Positions 54,548 through 64,000 of a stretch of 64,000 bases of DNA are shown piece after piece; positions within the stretch are counted from its first letter, which is position 1; every line of letters begins with the position of its first letter. The notes under the pieces are model-generated. The model saw only the letters and a program-made list of their open reading frames with translations, had not been told where the DNA came from and made no database searches. This stretch comes from Eledone cirrhosa (taxonomy: Eukaryota), in NCBI GenBank assembly GCA_964016885.1, contig OZ024743.1, positions 299,398,001 through 299,462,000 on the forward strand. The letters run 5' to 3'. The position numbers and the translations under genes were made by a program.

Positions 54548-57500
54548 ATGGCTATGCTAAGAGTAGGCTGTTTAAATGCGCGTGGCCTGGGCTCAACTTG
54601 GAAGCAAGCAATGCTGCTAAATGACCTCAGGTCACAACGTATAGATGTGATGGTTATTTGTGAGGCCCGGATCAGCAACGCGCGACAGCTGGCCCCCACC
54701 TTTGATGACTTTGAGATGCACGCATCTCTCTGTCAGCCCGGAGGTGGGGGTGGAGTTGTCGTTCTGCTGCAAAAACATCTGGGTCTCGCAACACAGATGG
54801 TACATTTGGACCCGGAGGGTCGACTAGTGGTTCTGGACCTTGGCAGTGGTAAAGGCGGAGCGTTTAGGTTGGTAGCCGCCTACGGCCCTTTTGGGTCAAT
54901 GCGGCCGGACTTCTTCCATCGTCTGGAGACTTTTCTAGGGACGTCCCGCTCCTTGCTATTAGTGGGGGACTGGAATGGTATCCTAGATGCACGCTGGGAC
55001 TACGTAGGGGCCTGTCCCGATAGAGAGGGGTGTAATAGCCTCAAAGGGTTAATCGGTCGATTTGACCTGGCCGATAGATATCGACTAGATTTTCCGACTG
55101 CGCCAACCTGGACTTGGGCAAATCGTAGCGGAACATCTAGGTCGTACCTAGATAGGTTCTTAGTTAGAATTAAGGATAAGGACTTTTTAAGTTGTCCAAA
55201 GATGCGCATGGTTGGCTATTCAGACCACAAATTAGTGACCTGCATGGTCAACCTTGACAGAACTCATAGACAGGGACCCGGTTACTGGAAGCTCACCTTG
55301 TCCTTACCGGCAAGTAAGGCTTACAGGAACCGGATTAGCACTTTAGTTAAGGAGCGGTTGACGGGCGCCATCGTCAACAGCAGGTGGTGGGGATCTCTCA
55401 AAAGAGAGATTAGAGTAGTCTCTATAGAATTTAGTAAGGAGTTAGCCTCCAATAGAATTAGGAAGGAAAGGGAGTTGGTAGATAGTGTAGAAGAGGCAAT
55501 TAGAAGCGGCGACGTGGCCAGAGTGCTAGCGTCGAGAACGGCCCTGGGCCAGTTCTTCGACGCGAAACACGAAGGCTGCATCGTCCGAAGCAAAATACGT
55601 GCTCTGGGAAACGAGGGGACCAAAGCTGTTAGCTGGGCCCGCGTGACAGAAGCCAAAAGAGGGAGCAGATCCACTATCCGGTCTTTGCGAGACCAGGATG
55701 GACGGGTGATTATTGAGCCTAAGCAGATGTGTGAGGCTTTTCAAAAGCACTTTGCCGAATTGTTCGGAAGGGGCGGGGGGCCGGCTGGGGACGTGGACTT
55801 CGGTCCATACCTCGATGGCCTGCCGCGTCTCTCGGACAGGGAGACGAAGTCCTGTGAGGAGCCGATTTCAGCCGCTGAGATAGAGGACGTGCTGAGCCAA
55901 TGCGGCAAACGCAAATCCCCGGGTCTCGAGGTCTTCCATACGAACTATATCTAGCTATGCCGGACATTCCCCGAACTCCTCGAGGCGGTCTACTGCAACT
56001 GGCAATAGAACGGGAGGATTCCCTGTGCTGTGACCAAGGGCGTAGTCACGCTAGTGAGGAAGGACGAGAATAAGGGGGACGATATAAATAATTTCAGGCC
56101 CATAACTCTGCTAAATACAGAGTTACAGATTTTGGCCAAGGTGCTAGCAAAGAGGTTGGTGCTTGTCGTGGGCAACCTGGTGGGAGATGCGCAGACATGC
56201 GCTATCCCGTCCAGGTCCATCCACGATAACCTCCACCTCATGCGATACATCATAGAGATGGTTGGGAACGAACCCGGCTTTGGTGGGGCCCTGATCAACT
56301 TGGATCAATCTAAGGCATTCGATAGGGTCGACAATGGTTACCTGGATGCGGTGCTAGCGGCGGCAGGCTTCGGACCCGTTTTCAGGGGCTGGATCAATGC
56401 CATGCACAGCAGCCGCATCTGCAATAGGGTCAAGGTGAACGGCTACCTCTCGGAGCCGTTCGAAATCGCGCGGTCCATCCGACAGGGGTGCCCTCTCTCC
56501 TCCCTTCTGTATGTAGTGACTCTAGAGCCACTGCTGCGGAAGTTGGAGTTGTTGCAGGGCATCCCGTTGGAACCGGGATTGCGGAAAGCGGTGTCGGCCT
56601 ACGCCGATGACGTAACAGTAATGGTGTCGACAGCCTCATAAATCGGGGCGATCGGCACCTTACTGGAGGAGTACGAAAGGTTTACAGGGGCTAAGCTGAA
56701 CCGCGACAAGTCGATCGGTCTGCAACTCGGCACGTGGAGGGGCAGATCGATACCCTCCGATGGCGTCGTCGGGCGCTGGACGGAGGGCCCGGTGAAGTTG
56801 CTCGGGGTCTGGTTCGGACCAGACCTCCAGGTGGAGAAGAACTGGGGTGAGGTGACGAGCAGGGTGTTTGCACTGACCCAGAAGTGGGCCGAGTGCAAAC
56901 TGTCCCTGAAAGGTCGGGCGGAGGTGGCGAACACTTATATAGCGTCCGTCATCTACTACCGCCTGACCCTGGTGCCTTGCCCAAGGGAAACGCTCGCCAA
57001 AATGGAGCGCGCACTCTTCCAATTCCTTTGGAAGAAGCGGGCTCCTATGGTGAGGAGATCCATCTGCTGTCAACACCCTTCGAAAGGAGGGCTGGGGATG
57101 CCGTGGCTAATGATACGTAAACACGCATTAAGGCTACGGCACCTTCAGGTATTCCTCTCCGGTCAACCGGTGTGGGCCCCGTTTGTGAGGCGAGCCTTTC
57201 CCAGACTCGTCTCACTCACCGAGCAGCAATCCTGGGTCAAGCAAAGACCGAGAAAACTGGGCGCCTGGCACACCGAGTGTGCCCAGGCGCTCACGGCTCT
57301 CTGGCAGGCGGACCCGGCTGTCAGTGGAGAATCCACCTCGTCATTCTATAGAGGGCTGGTGGTTAGCAGGTGCGACGACGCCCTCGGAGAAGCCCTAGGC
57401 ATGGAGGAAGACGAACTGGCCAACCTGTTCGGTAGGACATTCAGCCTGGGACCCATGGATAACTTCCAGAGGTCCCTGGCCTGGCAATGCTACAGAAGGG

Positions 57501-57982
57501 CTCTGCCCGTTCGAGAAAGACTCCCTAGACACGGGCGCCCGGGTAAGGACCCATCGAAAAAGGTCTGTCCCAGATGCGTGTGCGACGAGGAAACCGTTGC
57601 ACACGCATTGGTACACTGCTCGGGCATTGCCGATCTCTGGGGCTATGTCGAATAACTGCTGTCAAGGGTGGGACCGATCCAGTTGAGCACCGAGTCTATT
57701 GTAACGATTAAGCCGCCTCCCCTCTTCAAAAACGAAGGAGAGGCGGTGTTTCTGTGCGTAATAGCCATGGCGAAAGAGGTTGTATGGTGGACGCGTCTGA
57801 AAGGACTGAGGTCAGACACCTTTCTCTCTGGCCAACAACTGGTCCGTTTCTTCCGATATCATTTCGGAAGAAGGATCAGGATGGAGAGAGAGGTGCTGCA
57901 CCCCAGCCGTTTCTATGAAAGATGGGTGAGAGTGGCGAGAATGGCCCGTGTGAATGGGCCTTCACTCTACATCAGACTATAG
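54548..57982 (+). pseudogene. LINE ORF2, copy 2 (several frameshifts and stops)
   Basis: Fragments 54524-55954, 56030-56641, 56792-57655 and 57668-57982 cover APE, RT (YADD) and the C-terminus. Confidence 0.92.
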
Positions 57983-58499
57983 GTGAGGAAGATGAAAGAC
58001 CAAGGGAGCACCCCTTATCTGTGCTCCTGAGGAGAAAGGTTGCACACTTTTTTCGGGGGTGTGTGCGACCCCCCAAGGCGCCTCCTCTCTATTGAGGACT
58101 TTGTTATAAATTTTATTTTTTGTTATATTTTATTTTATTTTTATATATTATTATTGCCTCCACCTTATTGAGGACGCCTTGTTTTGTAAACTCCCCCCAT
58201 TGTACTTGTCCCACTTTTGATGCCCTGGTGGCAAATAAAAGAAACATATCTATCTATATATATATATATTTGTATATATGGTGTAGAATCAGGCATATAC
58301 AGAAATGGGGCTATTGTGATGACAATAATGTTGCTATTTGATATATAATTCTTAATGGTTATTGAGTTGATACAACAAACCAAGTATTCTGTGCCTGTAA
58401 GCAAACGAGGTAGCTCATCTGAAAAAAGTTTATTTCATTCTATTGAACTAACACTAAACGCACTACATTGTTCGTTGATATATATATATATATATAAAT

Positions 58500-58750
58500 G
58501 AAGGCACTCCATCGCTTACGACGACGAGTGTTCTAAATGATCCGATCAACGGAACAGCCTGCTTGTAAATTTAACGTGCAAGTGGCTGAGCATTCCACAC
58601 ACGTGTACCCTTAACTTAGATCACTGAGAGATTCATTATTACACAGAACGATAAAGCTGGCCCTTTTGATTACAGACACAGCTCATTTTCCCCAGCTGAA
58701 TGGACTGGAGCAACTTGAAATAAAATGTTTTGCTCAAGGACATTACGCAC
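58500..58750 (-). mobile_element. SINE remnant (cephalopod-type)
   Basis: GATCCGATCAACGGAACAGCCTGC..AACGTGCAAGTGGCTGAGC..GGACTGGAGCAAC..GCTCAAGGACA resembles abundant Octopus SINEs (recollection) and shares a segment with 18653-18700. Confidence 0.65.
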
Positions 58751-58839
58751 ACACACATACACACACACATACACACACAAACACACACGTACTCACACAC
58801 ACGCACACACCTATATATATATGTCCGTGTGTTTGTATG

Positions 58840-59327
58840 TACCTGTCTTTGTATGCATATATATACAGTTACATATATACATTACCTATAAATGCATATA
58901 CATAATACATATGAATATATATATATGTATATATAGACAAACACTCACATACATATGAAGAGAGAGAGAGAAAGTAAGGGAAAAGCTGTAAGCAGCCGAA
59001 GTGTACGATAGAGTTATATATATATATATACAGACAGAATGTATAACCGAGTCTGCACCAATGCGGATAGAAATATAATCATTTTTAATATGTAGACATT
59101 TAAATATGCCAGAATATCCAAATCGCTCTGTAAATTGAAAACATTATTAACACATTTGATAGAGTATCGAACCTAGTTGCGACTTCGTCACCAGGCGAAT
59201 ATAGCATCCTAACGACCACAAGAAAACACACATTTGATGTGATTATTTACCCATTCGCTCTAAGTAATATTCTGAAATAAACGTACTGATTGGCATATCA
59301 TTAGCTCTTGTATTAGTAGTTGTATTA

Positions 59328-59376
<49 letters not shown>

Positions 59377-59758
59377 TTTCTTGTGGTCGTTAGGATGCTA
59401 TATTCGCCTGGTGACGAAGTCGCAACTAGGTTCGATACTCTATCAAATGTGTTAATAATTTTTTCAATTTACAGACCGATTTGGATATTCTGGCATATTT
59501 AAATGTCTACATATTAAAAATGATTATATTTCTATCCGCATTGGTGCAGACTCGGTTATACATTCTGTCTGTATATATATATATAACTCTATCGTACACT
59601 TCGGCTGCTTACAGCTTTTCCCTTACTTTCTCTCTCTCTCTTCATATGTATGTGAGTGTTTGTCTATATATACATATATATATATTCATATGTATTATGT
59701 ATATGCATTTATAGGTAATGTATATATGTAACTGTATATATATGCATACAAAGACAGG
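58840..59758. repeat. Inverted repeat, arms about 385 bp
   Basis: About 58841-59226 is the reverse complement of about 59376-59758; spacer contains (TA)n. Confidence 0.9.
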
Positions 59759-59881
59759 TGCATAGATCATATTTTTCATATGTTGACATGAAAACTTGCC
59801 AGAAAATATACGAAATTCCTGAGAATCGTAAAAATCTGATAAACCCTTTAATCGATATATATATATATATTTCTGTTTATC

Positions 59882-59927
<46 letters not shown>

Positions 59928-59958
59928 ACACATACACACACATATATATATATATATA

Positions 59959-60600
59959 TAAAGAATTAGTATATCTACTAACATATATATACAGATGCAT
60001 ACCTATGCTACCAAATATATAGGTTTTGTCTTAGTAACTTTGTGGTTCAATGCAAGGGGATGCAGAACAATAATATGAAAGACGTAAAATAAGAAAATTA
60101 TAAAAATTAACTTACTTACTAAAATTTCACTCCAACTAATTAGTTTCTGAAAGGGAATAAACATGGTTTCCGAAGAAACGCACGGAGAAATCCTTTCGTC
60201 ATCCTCGATGTCACGTGATTGATTCTTTTGAATTTGCCACTGACCGAGTAGGCAGTGATTTTTTCAATGTCTTGGAACTTTGTCGACGCTTTGCTTTTTT
60301 CCATCCACTGAATTAATTTTGTATAAGTTCCCTGTGTCCACGCATTGCCTGGAAACTTAGCTGAGAATTGACTTCCCTGATGACGAAAGGATTTCTCCGT
60401 GCGTCTCTCAGAAACTAATTAGTTGGAGTGAAATTTTAGTAAGTAAGTTAATTTTTATAATTTTCTTATTTTACGTCTTTCATATTATTGTTCTGCATCC
60501 CCTTGCATTGAACCACAAAGTTACTAAGACAAAACCTATATATTTGCTAGCATAGGTATGCATCTGTATATATATGTTAGTAGATATACTAATTCTTTAT
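59959..60600. mobile_element. Head-to-head inverted repeat (about 240-bp arms) with hammerhead motif
   Basis: 59959-60203 mirrors 60379-60600. HHR at 60371-60429: ACTTCC-CTGATGA-[27 nt]-GAAA-CTAATTAGTT-GGAGT. The spacer (about 60203-60352) is repeated directly at about 60711-60860. Confidence 0.75.
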
Positions 60601-61329
60601 AATTATCTCCGAATTATTTTGTTAAGCAAAAATTTGCCAAAACTGCTACTATAGATCATAGTAATGGTTCGGCTGCTGTCTTTTTAACACACCACTCCTC
60701 ACTGATTAACCTCGATGTCACGTGATTGATTCTTTTGAATTTGCCACCGACCGAGTAGGCAGTGATCTTTTCAATGTCTTGGAACTTAGTCCACGCTTTG
60801 CCTTTTTCCATCCACTGAATTATTTTTGTATAAGTTCCCTGTGTCCACGCATTGCCTGGGAACGCGATATAAGTGGGAACCTGCCGAACGAATAAGCAAC
60901 CAACGGCGCTAAACCTATAGGGAGTTGGAGCAATGCGAAACACCTTGGGTTCCCAAGAAAACGAACACACCCAGTGCTGTAGCTATGATGAGGTGAGTAA
61001 AGGCCGCCTTTAAAAAAGCCTACATTTGGCGGGTATGAGAAAAGTACCAGATGGGTGGCTGGCATGAATATATCCACAAAACACAAAAAAAACAAAAAAA
61101 ACATGATAATACGGCTAGACATAGCAGATTTACCACATGGTCCTTCGTGCGGATTAACAAAGGATGCTTTCAGGCCTTAGCTAGTGGGTCCTGTGCGGAA
61201 AATATATTGCAGTCGTGATTTCAAGCTGTAAAAACTGGCGATGGGCCTGTGAGCTATCATAGAAGTCGTAGGATGGCCCCACGACTATTGCTTACCTCCC
61301 GGTACAAGCAAACCATAATCATTGAAACC

Positions 61330-61780
61330 TGGAAAAGCCAAACTCGCTATCGTCATTGCGGTCTTCGTGCTAACCCTTATCTATTTTCGTGAATCTTGGG
61401 TAATGACCGAAATAATACGATCGCGAATACAAGCTGCAGAAATAGGGTTCCTCCAAGTGGTCTTTGGAGTAATGTTACTAGTAGCTTGTAGATCGTATAA
61501 TTTTTCCAGTTAAAGCTACGACTTCTCTGAATTGAGAGATAACAGCTCTGCTACTACAGAGATGTGGTTAGAATGTCTATGGAAAGAATCACTGGGCCGA
61601 TTTTACGGGCAAAACCAACTGGCAGAAGACGCAGCTGTAAACGCCCACCAAGATGGATGGATAATATTCATGAGCTTAGCTTATCTCGCTTGGAGATCAA
61701 GGTAGATAATTTGGGTATGGTTGTTTCTGACAGGATCCGTTGGAAGGCATGCTTGAGGATTCTGCCCCCCCCCCCATGAA
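61330..61780 (+). mobile_element. 3' fragment of an RTE-clade LINE
   Basis: LTLIYFRESWVMTEIIRSRIQAAEIGFL and VRM..ER....L.AKPTGRR...RPPRWMDNI...DRIRW are typical RTE C-terminal motifs. Confidence 0.75.
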
Positions 61781-62776
61781 TAAGTGGGTTTAGAAGAAGA
61801 AGAAACAGAAAAAAAGAAAAAAAAAACATTACACGTGATGTGTGAACCTGTGTTGTATTTGGCAGTAAGGTTGACTATATTTCCTTGTGTGTTGAGTGAA
61901 AGCAATCCTTAGCAGTATTAGTTATATAATATGACTTTGAAATGCGCTCAATCTGACGTTGGAAATTTGTTAGGTCGTTTAACAGTATTGATGTATGTGG
62001 GCTGCGCCAATGACTACGACTTCAGACTATAAAATCCGGTGTTGGAATGATTCTGCCAACTAGGTTTTAAGGGTTTTCTTTAGATAAGGAAATAATAGGA
62101 TTTATGTAAGTTTGATTTAGAGAATAGAATTCCACAGGATTCGTGATTATATAATATACAGTGTTTACTATTGGCTAAGGAAGACTGGGTGAAATTGGTT
62201 AGAGGATATATGTTTTATGTAATTTTTCATTTACCTTAAGGCTGGTTATTCATTATCATTATAAGTGAATTATGACATGTTAGGTGTGTACGGAGACATT
62301 TATCTGATATATGTTCCTTTGTGGTATAAAATATATTTCTAAAAATCAACAACAAAATGTGCTTGGCGTTACGCGCTCTTGTTTTCCCTAGGAGAATATT
62401 CAGATTCCTTTCTCGTAGGTAATTCTGTATCATTCTATTATGGATACTGAGAAGATTTTCCTCACAGGGAAATGTATTTTCACTGACACAAAACTGTCTA
62501 GCTTCAATAATTAATAATAATATATTTCTTAATTCAATTTTACATTTCTACAATTTCCATATAAAATATATTACCATCAAGAATATAGTAAAATTTAGAG
62601 ACACTTGCCAAATCAGATCTATATTATATCAAAGGGAAAACAAAATGTTCTAGACTGGCACAGACGGAGACTAATACTGGACAGGATGACACGTGAGTAG
62701 TCTAAAATAAATCACTTTTAGCTTAATCTATATTGAACTCATTTATATTTCGGCAGAATGTGCATGTATTTCTAGT

Positions 62777-62812
<36 letters not shown>

Positions 62813-62853
62813 CAGAGACATAAACATACACACATATGTCTATATGCATAGAA

Positions 62854-62917
<64 letters not shown>

Positions 62918-63284
62918 GTGTTTGTGTGAATGTTTGCCGATATGTGTGTCCCCGTCTGTCTGTATGTGTATGTGTGTGAATGTGAGTATATTCTCCGGTT
63001 CCTGCTCCAAATTTGCTCTACACTTATTATTAGCTGAGTGAAATATTCCAGAGATAAATCAGCCGACCATTTCGTATTTTTCTTGATTGAATCTAGCTAG
63101 TCATTGCTTACTCGCCAACTCACTTGCGACCCATTTCACCCCCACGACACCTCATTTTACTTCACTCCACTTTACTACATTCCTGTTCTGTCATATAGCG
63201 ACTCACCCCTTACCATTTAGACATGTTAAATACATTCATCTCAATCTGTGACGGCTCCGTATTATTGGTTTCGATTTCTAGTAA

Positions 63285-63356
63285 TAATGAGGATGACGGA
63301 GATGATGATGATGACGAAGAAGATAGGTGATGATGATGATGACGACGACAACGACT

Positions 63357-63394
<38 letters not shown>

Positions 63395-63422
63395 AATGGT
63401 GATGATGATGATGATGATGATG

Positions 63423-63498
<76 letters not shown>

Positions 63499-63510
63499 TA
63501 ATAATAATAT
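63285..63510. repeat. (GAT)n/(AAT)n compound microsatellite
   Basis: Directly visible runs. Confidence 0.95.
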
Positions 63511-64000
63511 TTGTAGTAGTAGTATCAGTAGGAATAGTAATGGTATTAAGAAGAAAAAAAGAAGTGGGAATACAAAGAATAAGTAGAGAAGAGGAGAATA
63601 TATGTGATACAACAATAGATGACTGACTACCTTACAATACAAACATTTCTTTCGATTTATCATTGGATGGATTCCAAAATTTTAGGCAGAAATTATCAGC
63701 TTCGGAGAATATATTTGATATAGCAACTCATTTTTCATACCTTTCCTCTCCCTGGCCAGCAATACTCAAAATAAACAGCTGTGTTATATGAACGGAAATA
63801 TATTGAAATAATCTAAACTGGTCAGCCATAATATTCGTTTTCAAAATTTCGCTTGTGTTTTAGTTTTCTATTTCTATTAACAGAAGGAAATTATATTTGG
63901 TTAATGAAACTCTATTTCTTTCTTTTTCTGTATTGATAATTTATTATACTTCCGGCTTACATTTTACTTTCCTTTCAGCAAGTAAATTGTTGAGTCAAGA

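Larger units (their letters stand above)
52530..58244 (+). mobile_element. Near full-length L1/Tx1-type LINE, copy 2, tandem to copy 1
   Basis: Colinear with copy 1; AATAAA at 58234; followed by CATATCTATCTATA. Confidence 0.93.

Noticed and set aside
59403-59445. CTGGTGA..GATA as a decayed hammerhead
   Set aside because: Two core mismatches and no stem I pairing.
60656-61122. Minus-strand 104-aa and 100-aa ORFs
   Set aside because: No recognisable domain; they overlap a locally duplicated segment.

Overview
AT-rich, microsatellite-saturated animal DNA with no recognisable host gene; the SINE and microsatellite content suggests an Octopus genome, but that is inference. Almost everything identifiable is retroelement-derived. 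(1) Three Penelope-like elements (PLEs; RT plus GIY-YIG) resembling the Neptune, Nematis and Naiad types, one forming a 10-kb head-to-head palindrome. (2) Two tandem, near full-length L1/Tx1-type LINEs. (3) RTE and SINE remnants. (4) Many type I hammerhead ribozyme (HHR) motifs from about ten sequence families. The standout is a 5.7-kb array of a 310-bp unit (33897-39610) with one HHR per unit, 19 in total, in two divergent arms; it looks like a retrozyme (circular-RNA-producing) array. A second HHR-bearing repeat of about 435 bp is dispersed through the window. Most PLE and HHR insertions share one geometry: head-to-head fold-backs with 3' ends pointing outward into (TA)n. The Neptune-like PLE has an upstream ORF1 joined to the RT frame at a T TTT TTA slippery heptamer. 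All ribozyme and structure calls were made by eye, and boundaries are approximate to a few bases.
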